In this document: positions 41,106-53,194 of the stretch, piece by piece
Numbering within the stretch: the first letter of the stretch is position 1
Layout of the letters: each line of letters begins with the position of its first letter
Source: Paramecium tetraurelia
Lineage: Eukaryota
Reading direction: 5' to 3'
Length of the DNA stretch: 64,000 bases
Assembly (NCBI GenBank): GCA_000165425.1
Contig: CT868019.1
Coordinates: 1-64,000 of the forward strand
Notes under the pieces: generated by a model
Told to the model about the DNA's origin: nothing
Databases searched by the model: none
The model's input: only the letters and a program-made list of their open reading frames with translations
Translations under genes and position numbers: made by a program

Positions 41106-42728
41106 TCAATACTATGGCAACTTTTCTTCTTATGACATTGAAGCTGCAACATACTTTTTAGATTTCTTTTGAGCCTACTAAAAATTTTGTGAATTCAAAT
41201 TTCCTGAATCAAAAGCTGAATCTAAAAACTTAGATTTCGAATCAAATAACGCATTGGATTGCAGTTAATTATTGGGAATATCATCAAATATCTTATACTT
41301 TCTAGTTTGTGTTAAGGTACCTGAATCAAGTACCTAATCCTGTTTTGGTTTGATTGGATGCAAATGTTCATTTAGGAAATCATCAGGGGGTTTGTTTTAA
41401 GTTTCCTGTATTTGTCCAAACTTATGATTTGTTTGAATAAATTAAACTTCTTCTAATTTATTTTTTTAATTCATATTATTCTACTCTTCTTTAAAAAATT
41501 GTTATTTAGTCAATTCCCCTTTTCTTGAAGCTGATGGTCTTAGATATTTGTCCAACAGTTACTCATTATCTTTGGAAGCCTCTGGACGATGTGTGGATCC
41601 AAAATCTTTGGGAATTGATTATTTAAAACCAAAGAAATTATGCGATTAGGTTTTGGTAAGCTTGAAGTCATAATCAGTTTAATTTTTGAGGTTCTGATTT
41701 TCAGGTTATTTCTGCTTGAAATTTGATTAAGTTAAGGTTGCTTCTGCTTTTTTTCCAGTATAGAATTCATAATTTGACATCTCTGCCTTCTTGAGCTGTC
41801 TGAATTATGGAACTGAGGATGCTGATTAAAATATTTCTTCTTCTTGAAAGGGAGGCGGCACCAAATTAATTTAAGGGATATCTGGCTATATTTGTTGTTC
41901 AATTGGTTTTGATTTTAATATTTCAGTGGATTTAATTATATCAGGAGAGGGTTATCTAATTGTGATAAGTCGATAATCTGGTGATTTGCTAATCATTACT
42001 TTAAATGGTAAGAGAGGACAATATTTAATGAATGTTTCAGAGGGTATATTCTCTTCTGAACATTTAATCCTTTTTTTCAAACAAAATATATCTTGGTTGT
42101 TGTATTGAAATTTTTATTTGTTCATAAAATTGATTAAACTAATGTACTTATAGTATAATATACTTTTGAGTTGTTAAGAACTTTTGATTGTCTTCTAAGA
42201 GTTAGCAACATTGTTTTCCATTTTCTTTGTACTTCTCAAACAAGATCATTCTTATGGGTTCAGCCTATCTAAAGTACATGACTTCAATCTTCAATAATCG
42301 TTACAATTATTGTAATATGTCTGATACAATTTGATCATTGGTATTGTCATGAATTTTAGTGTCTAGAAACATATCAAAGGGACAGATTAATTGATAAAAG
42401 TCATCCCAATTGATAGTTTAATTATCAGAAGAATATAATTAAAATAAGCAATCTAATTCTCTTTCGTTTATGTTTTGCATAAAATTTCTGAGTTTAATAG
42501 AAATGCACTTATTTACCTAAACAAATTGATAATGTCACACCGCATGATTCCTTTTGAGTTTGTAATCAATAAATTATAGATTGTTCTGGCTTAGAAATGG
42601 GGAGTTATACTCAATTTTATTCTTTATTCTTCTAACTGATAAGTATTATGGTCTCATACTTGACTTTCGAAATGGCTGGTCATTTTTAATAGTTAAGCAA
42701 CTTTAGTTAGGTATTCATTTGCTAACAT
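41106..42728 (-). CDS. Hypothetical protein with degenerate EF-hand-like N-terminus and low-complexity tail
   Basis: MLANEYLTKVAQLLK..LEEQRIKL..LFQLYSSDNQTINWDDFYQLICP; introns at 42636-42659 and ~42490-42518. Confidence 0.7.
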
Positions 42729-42761
42729 CTTTATTATTATTTAATCAATAAAATTATATGA

Positions 42762-44134
42762 TCAATCAAATTAAGAGTCATCAAGAAATTTCTTCTCTTG
42801 CAATCCTTAATAGGTAGTAAGTCCCATTTGATTTTCAGGTTTCGTATATTCTTTGATTTTCATTCCCTTTTCATGGATCTAAAACAACTTAAGAATATAT
42901 ATACCTTGTCGATTTCTTCAAGAGCATCAATTAACTTTTATTGAGTGGCAAAGTGTATGCCTTCCTTCTAGGAGATGAAATTAGCCGAAGAAGGTACAAA
43001 TTGATGAAATGGTTCTTCTAAATCATTTTATATGATTGCATCTATCCTCCTCACATTAGAGATGGTTTATTCAAGCAATCTCCGAAGAATGGGATTTTTG
43101 CTGGCTGCCTATAAGATTTCTTCTTTATTTAATTCTCCATCCCCATCTTAATCAACTTGTTTGATCATCTCTCTGATGACCATTTTAAGCTGATACTTGT
43201 CATTTTCATTGATGATGTTTTGTTTCAAAATGTTAAAGATCTCCTTTTCACTCACCTTACCTGAGCCATCCTCATCGCATAAGTCAAAGAAGACTATCAT
43301 ATATAAGGATAAAACTAATTACTTTTTAATTTCTCATCAATTGTATCATCCTTCAACACTTCCAATCCTACTATAAGTTCTTTATAATCAACAGTACCAC
43401 TTGAATCCTCGTCGAAAACATAAAATAATTTCTCTGCCAGATTCTTGTCTGCTCCCAGTCCAAAGGAAATAAGCAATCCTTAAAATTATTCTCTATTCAA
43501 TCCTTCAGGAAAATCCTTTGCTTATTTTACAATGGATTAATAATTTTAAAAGATTTATCTAATGGCATCTTTCCTGTTCTTTAATAACCATTAAATGGTT
43601 TTCCATTTCATTTTAAATTTGGATTTTGGGGCTATCTTTTTTTTAAATGATTATAGATTGAAGCCATAATCCTTTCTTGCAACATTTAACATAATACTAA
43701 TTGAGCCACTGGCCACAGGCAAGGCTTACTAATTAATTTTGCTTTGCATAGAGTATTTTTGTTTATTGCTGGTCTTTTTATCATAAATGAATCTGTAGAT
43801 CTATTCCATTCTTAAATGTTAAGGTGCATTGCATTTATGTTTGAACTCTAATTTAATTATGAAATTTACTAAACAGAGCTTGATCATGAGAGGTTTTAAT
43901 GATTTCATCGAAATCTTCATCCTCGACAGGTTTGGATTTGATGGTTTTGTTGATGACAAATGATCTAATGGGTTTTGCAGTTGTGATTCTGGTTTGGCTG
44001 CGATTGGATGAAATGGTTTGTTATGGAATGGTTCTGTTGCTCTGAATGGTATTGGCTGATTGTATCCTGTGATAATATTGAGTAGGTTGTTGTCTGACTC
44101 CTGAGATTGAGAGAGAGGGTTTATAAATTTACAT
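42762..44134 (-). CDS. EF-hand calcium-binding protein (calcineurin-B/NCS-like core with long N-terminal extension)
   Basis: EF loops DEDSSGTVDYKE, DEDGSGKVSEKE, DQDGDGELNKEE; LAEKLFYVF and IDEKLK context; three short introns. Confidence 0.9.
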
Positions 44135-44156
44135 AAAATTTATAAATATAGAATAA

Positions 44157-44823
44157 TCAAATAAATGAATATGACTCATTGTGGTCATCAATGTACACGC
44201 TAGCCTAATGTTTGGAGTTGTCCAAGTCAATGGGCTCAAACTTAATGATATCGACATTTCCCAATTGTGTTACCTTGTGAGATCTGGAGTAGAATGTATA
44301 AATACTGCTTGATTGCAATGACAATTCTGGTTATTTGGATGAAGTAACGTAAAAAGATTAGAATCAACCCCAGTGAGTCGTCAACCTCGATGATATTGGT
44401 TTTTATCTATCTAGGTTTGCTTATAAGATGGAGAGTTACGAATGCAATTCAAAGAAGTAATAGAGACTTATCAGGATTAATATCAAGATGAATGCTGCCA
44501 AGTCGATGATATTCCAATATTCCTTAAAGAAATACTAATGCTAATGATGCTTAGAATTACTTCTCTCTCTGCAATGATGCGTATGCATATGTCTATCATG
44601 ATTGCTAGTGTCAATATTATCTCCGCTTGGATTACCATGTTCTCCTTGAGACTTAATTAATTATCACAGCTTACTTTTATTCCGGGTCAATTATTATCTA
44701 AATGTTAAAAGTTCATACATACACTAATATCATAATTGAGAGCAATACCTGCACCACAGAAAACATCAAGTAATGTTTGTGCATTCTCAAGTTCGTCATC
44801 AGATGCTTACAATTTTATTTCAT
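44157..44823 (-). CDS. Stand-alone voltage-sensor-like (S1-S4) membrane protein, 181 aa, five introns
   Basis: Removing introns of 21, 23, 26, 29 and 22 nt gives a 546 nt frame: S2 AEIILTLAIMIDICIRI, YFFKEYWNIIDLAAF, S4 LIFLRYFIQITRIVIAIK; no pore domain. Confidence 0.8.
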
Positions 44824-44850
44824 TTTAATTATATTATTATTATAAAAACC

Positions 44851-47808
44851 ATGCTTTCAGATTACGAATTGCAACAACAGGCTCTCAAATAAAAATTAGC
44901 CAAGCAACAGGCCTAAGAATAAATCAACTCTTTGGAAGCCAAACTCCAATGTAATGTATTACCATATTCTAGAAATCATTCAAATTTAAAAAGAAATAGA
45001 AGAACAGGATTGTATTACTTTATCTATCATTTAGTCTAATACTAAATTAAGTGCGACGACTTATAGAAGAAACGAGAACAGCAAATGAAAGAAATTCAGA
45101 ATTTAAGAGCATCCTAAGAGGCTGATTTATAAAGGTAGGGTATAATCTAGTAACTTAAATTAGAACAAGGAATATGTATAATGAAATGTGGAAAATGGCA
45201 GAGCAATTCCAAAAGAAACAATAAATATTTATTTATCAATAGAAGTTAGACAAAGATTAATTGAAATCCTTTTAAGTTACCTAAACCTCCAAGCAGTCTC
45301 ATTACGAGATGAATAAGGAATTAGTTGTCCCTCACAATCCCTTTGTCTTATTATCCTAAGCACAGGGCTTTTTGGATTCCCAATACGATGCGTATTACGA
45401 AGTTAATAGTCCAAAACTATAAGAAATTGTAGAAAAAGAAAGCTTGTACCCCAAAAGTCAGATCTAGATTACTTTTGTGAGTTTCAAACCAGACATGCCT
45501 ACTTTGGAACAATTCGAAAAAAGAAGATTCGAAGGAACTGTAAATCAAATACCATTATCGATGCAATTGCTAATTGACTTTTATGACTTTCCTACTTTTA
45601 AATCAAGTACTCTTATTTATGAAGATTGTCCTACCATCGAATAAATTAGAGTAAGATTATAGTATGATTCTATATTAGAGACAAGTCGGCTATGATTAGG
45701 AACTGAAATTGGCATACGAGGATTATTTCACCAACAAAACCTTTGGTAAAAAGGCTTGTTTTGTATTTGAAGTAGAAAATGACTTGAAATTTGTTTATTA
45801 TCTTCTGTTTAAGAATGCATACATCAGAGTGTTAGATGCAATAACAGGTGAAAATTACGGGTATTGCCAAATACCTTTGAACTCATTAATAAGAGAAGAC
45901 AAAAGTGATATATTCTCAATCTAAGAGGTCTAAGTATTGAGTTATGACTGGACAATTACATATGGAATCTTCACAATTACCATCTAAAACATTGGAATCA
46001 GTTAAGAATCCAATGTTGCAACACTTACGAACTTTGATCAAAATGCATTCAGTTAAACGTTGAACATCCAATCATTGTTATCAGTCACATAGAATGTCTA
46101 CTTTAATTAGGTTATGGACAACAAATCGAAAATTTAAACATAATATGTGAATTTTTCAAAGGTGACCTCAGATTCAGCTGTCAGATCAGAAGACAGGATG
46201 AAAATTAGAATTTCTCAACTTAAACCCCAATCATAAATTTCACAAGCACGTAAGAAAATAACTTCGGACAAACCCAAAGACCTTACTGAATATGGACATT
46301 CAGCAATTGTAAATGTGAAATTAAATGATGTGGATGAACGAATACGAGTGAATGAAAGAATTAAGTCGAAAAGATCGGATATACTTACTTATTTGAGTAC
46401 TAAGGATGACTTTCTAAAATTATAAGCTGTAGAATTGAGTAGGAAATGGGATCGCTATTAATTTCTAAGTTCAGTTTTGCCATCTCATATGATTCCAAAC
46501 ACTTTACATCTGCCGGTAGGGGAGAAATGTATTTAATTTATTGAGTACTTAAATGACACTGATGAGGATAAAATTGTCACTGTAGAGATATCGCCACCCA
46601 TTATTACATACTTAGTAGGTGGAGAAGAACTTGAATCTATTTATGAAACAAAAGGGATTGCATTTCATTCCAGAGTTGAAGTTGAACAGGATTCATTCAA
46701 ATGTCATGCCTAATAGAAATGCATAATTGCCATCATATTCTACACCTTAATTGAATTTACAACTGAAATAGAGATAGCTGTCTATTTGAAATTGAAGCAA
46801 TAACCAATTTGTGGTTCATTGTATAAAGTATTGCCCAAAGCTCAAGTAATTGATATGAATTTTGATTTCTATCGTCAACCTAATTCATAGATCGAATTAT
46901 TTTTGCCTTAGGTTTTCTGCTTTTGTGAAATTAAATATAGGAAAACACCTATTATCATTTGCAATCGAGAGGAAGTCACCTTTGGAATAAATCCTGATGA
47001 TATGAGAATTAAATTAGAGTTAAAAACTGCTGACATCGGTAAATAAATTATACTATTGTTATTCTTCTACCGAGATAAACATTGCCATTATTTGTTATTA
47101 TCAATAAGTGTCAAAATCACGAGTTTAAATCTTATCAAACTATCAACTGTGATTGGTTAAGCCACTTCATGTTCAACTGAATTTCAATCTGACAAAAAAA
47201 GACAAATCTACTTTCACAGTTTGAATCAAGACAAGATTTGGTTCGAGTCTCCATTTGATAAACCAGTTTGGGTTGAAAAGAATCAAATCACAGTCATACC
47301 TTTCAAGGTATTCTAAATGACTTCGAACTCTCACAATGTCAAAGTGAATGCTGTTGATTCTACAACCAACGAGATGGTTTACTCTTGGCTCTTCCAAATC
47401 AGTTCCAACATGCCTCAAATTAAAAGAGTGTTCACATTCGATTGTTATTTTAGACAAGCTCACCCCTTCAAGATCTCCTATGCCAATTCTATTGGTAAGG
47501 TACTGAGTTTAAATATCGTCTCTTCTTCTTATTTGTTAAAGGTGTTCCAATCTCAAATCAAAGTTCCGATTGCTGGCAAAGCAGAAATCGAGCTTGCCTT
47601 TATGAAGGCCGAGGAATATCCAAGTTAGGATTTTAATGTTGTGGAAAAGCAAAGGGAAATCCAATTATTCATTTACGAAATTAGGAATAACATTTTTGAA
47701 TGCTACTTATTTTAATTCAATTTATATGACAAGGAAAATGAGAGCATTCCCTTTGAAACTATCGAAGAGTTTCGTAAACGACCTTTTTCAATATAATCTA
47801 AAAAGTGA
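44851..47808 (+). CDS. NPHP4: Nephrocystin-4-like ciliary transition-zone protein (C2 plus C-terminal Ig-like domains)
   Basis: DFYDFP, YLLFKNAYIRVLDAITGENYGYCQIPLNSLIRE, VLPKAQVIDMNFDFY, VNAVDSTTNEMVYSWLFQISSNMPQIKRVF and KISYAN occur in the order I recall for NPHP4; TGA at 47806. Confidence 0.7.
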
Positions 47809-47877
47809 AATAAATATGATTTGTTTTTTTACACAATTTATTATTTATATATAAATTTAAGTTTTTTTTAAACAATA

Positions 47878-50758
47878 ATGGAATTCAACTCAACAGGCAT
47901 CGTTGTTTAACCTCATCCCAGTATAAAAAAAGAAATTTGGAATCAATTCGTTTGCGAATACCCTCGATGTTCAAATCAATACAAATTACCTGAAAATCCG
48001 AAGGACAGATACAGATTCCTATCAGCTTTGATGATAGCCAACATTTTTGACACTCTGACCAGTTGGCAATAACTAAAAAAACTCTATGATGTCTACGAGT
48101 TCTTGGGAAGGATTGCAAATGAAAAGGAATATCCACCATTAATGTAAAAACACATTTTAAATTTGATGAAATCATTTAATACTCTGATCAACAATTTACA
48201 ACCCTTTGATTCTCGCAAAATTGATAGCAACCATCAACACTATCAAAAGATATAAATAGTTTAAGAGTACCTCCAGAAACAAAGAAAATACATATACTCC
48301 TTGTTGGAAAGTGAATAGGGAATCAGCACTCTCTTCAAGTTATCAAGAGGAATAGCTCTGAGTCTGTATCTTAAACCCGATTATGAAAAAATTACTCCAG
48401 TTTCTAGATTCATTACCTCACCAAGCAGGGAAGAGATAATCAAGAAATTGAGTAGTGAAGATTTAGAAATTAATTCAAAGAATCATTTTATTTTGGAAGA
48501 TTATGAAATCGTAGCCATTTCTCATCTGCTTAGTTGTCCAATCCACTTTTTTATTAACTTTTTTGAACCAAAATGCAATTATCTCATCAAAAGAAGAATC
48601 CATCAATAATAAAGCGAAGAAAAGACTATTGCCTTCTTCTTAGAAATACAATAAACTAATTTCACTGTCAGAATTCTATCCTCCACTCCAGATATCATAC
48701 ACATACAGAATATCATTAACTAAAGAAAATTTATATATCAATCTAATCAACCAAAAGCCATTGTAGAATATTTGTAATAAATCATTGAAAGTATATTAAA
48801 TCAAGCCACGCATGATTTTTCTAATCTCAATAAATTTTGGATTGTTAAGATGCTATAGATCATTAAACAAGGAGAAGCCTAAACACTCATAGCCAATAGA
48901 TAGGCTATTAAGATAAGTGAATTATTTGCAAGGGAAAGCTATAATTTGTTTTAGCTCTTGAGCTTAGATCCAAAGATGCATTCAGAGTTTGTCTTAAATT
49001 CTGAGTAGAATCTGAACTAAACTGAAGAACTCATAGAAAACATCATTATCTCTTAAATTACCATGATCAGAGATTAAATCACAGAAATAGCTAATAGTTC
49101 GAAGAGACCGCCATCTATCTCTCAAAATCAAATAGTCTCAGGTGATAAAGTCTCAGTGCCTAGATATTTAGTTAATAATTCATTGTTTCAATCGCATACT
49201 AATTAGACTCCCAATTACTTTTAATAATAAAAAAAGTTAAATTTAGCAGGCAGATTGATAGCAAAGGATTTGGACAATGACTTACCTGAAAATTCTGATT
49301 CCAGTGAAAGAGATCGCAATCACCATTTTTAAGCTAATTCCATACAAAATATACCAGTCACATGCAAAGAGTATGATACTGAAGATGAAGTTGAATTTAA
49401 GAGAGCAGATGATCAATAATCAGCAGAAAAACAAATTTAAAGGATGGAATAATATCCATCTGAGGAATATCCCTTGGTTAGACCACCTAAATATTCATCG
49501 TAAATCAAAAATGATGTGGTTTCATAAAAAGTCTCTTAAAATTCATACAAATAAGTTTAATCCGAAAGGAAAAGACAAAAAAGTGTAGAAAATACAGATT
49601 TTGAAGCTAGTTTAAATTTATAAAATGATTATCTTGTTTCTAGTTAGAATAGAGCATCTATAATCAGAGCTCAATCGGATTTGAATGCATTGAAACTGTC
49701 AGTGAAACAAAGAGATAGTCTAGACTTTGAGCCTAAGAAGTAGATTATCAATTAAGTGAATAAAATGAGCAGTTCTTAGGTCTTGAGATCAAGTGTCAGG
49801 TATGAGTAACAACAGATAGGCAATGAATTATATTAAAGTCATATTTCTGAAGCTATGAATGAATCTAAAAGTGAAATCAGTATGATATAGAAATGGTTTT
49901 GTCCAATTTGCTTCACGGAAATCTATCACCCTGATCAAATCAGAAATCTCCATGATGATCATAAGGTTTGCAAGTCTTGTTTGGAAGATTGGATCAAAGT
50001 AATAGTAATATTTAAATAAGGTAAAATTTAATTCAGGACAATGGAACTTTAAATTTTTTAAATGTCCAATTCAACTTATTGAAGGGGAAACTATGAAGCC
50101 CTGTGAACACATTATTGAATAATAGGAAATCAAGAATGCGCTATCTTCTGACGAGTTTAGTAAATTAACTGAGAGAGCTATGAAACATGGTATCATTGAC
50201 ATTATATGTCCAAATCTATCTTGTTAAGCAAGTATTAAGGGTATGCCTCCTTAAAATTAAAATGGGTTCTTATGTCCTAAATGTTCTCATAAGATTTGTT
50301 GGGTGTGCAAGTAAACAATTACGTTTCATTATTAAAATTTAGAAATTCAGATCATGGTAATTCAAAATGTCCACAAAGACTAGACGAGATAAAAGTAGCC
50401 TTACAAGATGAGAGAGTTAGTTGTTGTCCTGGATGCTTGGAAATCTATATGAAAAATGATGGATGTGAACATGTTTCATGTACCAACTGTTTGATAGAAT
50501 TTTGTTTTGCTTGCAGTGCTCAGAGACCCCCTATTATAGCACATGGTATTTATGTGAAAAGCAAATTTAGGGGCTCATTTTCATAGGGTTGGTTGCTAAT
50601 ACAGAATGCCTTGGTGGAAGGATCAATAAAAGAAAATAGAGAATTTGGATGATGAATATTTACCTGATGAATGTGAATATTGTAAACGAAATTAAAAACC
50701 TTGTCCTCGTCCTATGACTTTGGCTGATTTTAAGAATTTAGCTCATTTAAACTTTTGA
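47878..50758 (+). CDS. RBR (RING1-IBR-RING2) E3 ubiquitin ligase with a large N-terminal region
   Basis: CPICF..HKVCKSC..CP (RING1); CPNLSC..CPKCSHKICW (IBR); CPGC..KNDGCEHVSCTNCLIEFCFAC (RING2 with catalytic Cys); short introns in the 3' part. Confidence 0.92.
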
Positions 50759-50890
50759 TGTATTGAAAAGTTATCAATCAGTACTAATTTAATATTCAGT
50801 TATATTTTATATATTCATCTATGTATTTTGGAGTTTAAGTATGTTTGAGTTTAATGAAAGTTAAAATTTGGAATAGATTTTAAATTATAA

Positions 50891-51475
50891 TCATTAGTAT
50901 ATTTTCAATACAGAAGTTATGGGATTTCTACAAAGCAAACAATCGCTCTTTATCAGGCCTTTGCAATCTTCACAATAAATATAATGCCCGCATGGTATAG
51001 CAACATATTCTCTATCCTTTTCAAAACATATTTAACATTTCTTATCATCCTTCATTGACTTTGTTAAATTGGTTTATTGAGTTATCTTCATTTCAATTTT
51101 CCATTATAGTTATTTAATCTCTTTATTTTGAGGGAGCTCTTGCAATTCCTCTTGTATTGTAAACAATTTATCAAGGTTTTTCTCTATGGCTTGTAGATTC
51201 TTGTCTGATGGTTGCAGCACTTTAATATTTTCGATTATGGCATTTTTAGTTTATAAAAGAAGCTTGGTTGATATTTCGGATGAGGTTTGTTATATTTAAA
51301 CCTATTGAGTCTTATCGTCCATTTAGGATAGCACATTCATTATTCTTTTCTTGTACTAATCCAATTTGATGCTCTACTCCGATTTTGTTGTTTGATTAGC
51401 AAATGTTTTACTTATATCCTTTTTAAGTCTATCAATACTTGTGTGAGGAAGCTGAGTATGATTATTTTATTTCAT
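50891..51475 (-). CDS. C-terminal C3HC4 RING finger protein (IAP-type RING), 194 aa
   Basis: CQICFEKDREYVAIPCGHYIYCEDCKGLIKSDCLLCRNPITSVLKIYQ-TGA; 585 nt intronless. Confidence 0.92.
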
Positions 51476-51578
51476 ATATGTAATAAATAAATATATTGCA
51501 TTTATTAGCCATCGAATTTGGGAATAGAGATCCTGCTTTTGATAATTGAAATTATACTTATATATATAAATCATAAAC

Positions 51579-52297
51579 TCATTGATTTTCATCTTTGAAA
51601 GAATTCTGCTTGAGTTGCTCTAGTTCATATTTTAATCTTTGATTTTCTTCAATCAATTATTGGGATTTTAGATTCCAATTCTATTATAAATTCGAAACAA
51701 ACCTTTTATAAATCATCTAATTGTGCGAAGGATTAAACTGAAAGGATGTTGAGTTATTTTAATAGATCCTATCGGATTTAGTCTTATTCATCCAATTTTT
51801 AGATATTAAGCTAGGAGTGTTATTTATTCTCTTCAATTTATTTCATCAAATTCTACCTTAGATATTGCATTATACATTTAATTTCTAAGTATTTTATTCA
51901 CTCTTTTTTTTAGAGTCTTATTATGCAGAATACATTTCATAGGTTGGAAGTGTTATCAACAAAGCATAGATAAGGATTTCGTAAAAGAATTCAACTCCCT
52001 TGCAAACTTATTAATTAGATTACTTTTTCTAACGCCAGTTCATCATTCAAAGGCTTAAAGAAAAAATCGCTACTTTTTTTATCAATACCCATAAATTTGC
52101 TGTCTATTTTTTACTAGATTTCAGAATTTCATTACGTCCCATTTATGTTAAAAGTTTCCAAGACGAACATAAAATTACTTGATCCAAGTTGTGTGTCCTG
52201 ATTGAGCCTTCTTTAAATGTGCAGCCTTTGTTCTTGCTATCACTGGCCTAGCAAAGACCCTGACAATCAACGAGAAAACTTTGAATAAGGGCAACAT
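51579..52297 (-). CDS. OPA3: OPA3-family mitochondrial protein
   Basis: MLPLFKVFSLIVRVFARPVIARTK..FYVRLGN..KPLNDELALEKGVEFFYEILIY..YE followed by a coiled coil; short introns. Confidence 0.88.
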
Positions 52298-52336
52298 TAT
52301 TGTTAACTATAATAATTTAGATAAATAAAATAATAA

Positions 52337-52959
52337 TCAATTAACATGGTTAAATAGTTTTGTTCGAAAAGCTATAAAGTATAATATAGACTCATACTTT
52401 TTGAAGGGGGAGGAGAATTGCTGTAAACAACTTATCTTTCATTCGACAGCAACCTGGATCGTTCCATTGTACTCACAGTAAAGGAAGATTGATTGTCATG
52501 AGTCGAGTCCCCTATTATATAACCATATTCTCGAATAAAGTTGAAAAATTTCTAGTCCAAAGGCTTTAGAAGTTTAATTTGTATAACGTCACTTTTAATT
52601 CTTGGACTCCTTTCTTGTTCCTGGAACGTAGTTGAGTTTATTTTAGAAAAAGATTGATCTGACTCTAAACCTGAAAACAATCGTTTTTAAAGTGAAACAT
52701 CCTATTTGGATTGTTGAGATGAAGATCTTTAATCTAAATTCGTCTTAGTGGCATTTTGAAACACTTTAATTTAAATTCCCTAATTGTCGTCCTCTATTTG
52801 CATTCCTCTTGTATTTCTTTGTTAAAGATTGTAAATTTATTGAACTTATTGAATATTCCTATTTCCCTGATTAATTGGGTTCTTAACAGGTTTGATGTCA
52901 TATTCCTATAATGTTTTTTGTTGTATTTTGTTCGATGCTGCAAATCTCTGTTAGTACAT
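52337..52959 (-). CDS. Hypothetical low-complexity protein, ~198 aa
   Basis: Open frame from MYQQRFAASNKIQQK; one 26 nt intron near the 3' end gives 597 nt. Confidence 0.6.
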
Positions 52960-53194
52960 TAATTTATTTATCTGAAATAATATATTAAAAATTTAAAGTA
53001 TTGTTAAACCTGTAAACTTACATTAAATTCACTGAAATTTAACAAATTGCTTATTCATTCTCCTCAACTAGTCAACACTCCATTAATACAATAACATATC
53101 AACTATATATGGAAATATAATCTAAAATGTATACTCGATTAAGACAAGAATTTCATTTTTTTATCACTCATAAAATAAATAAATTTAATCTTAA

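Noticed and set aside
44747..44773. LLDVFCGAG, a SAM-methyltransferase-like motif in an alternative minus frame
   Set aside because: That frame has no suitable ATG and soon hits TGA; the overlapping frame gives a coherent spliced voltage-sensor protein.
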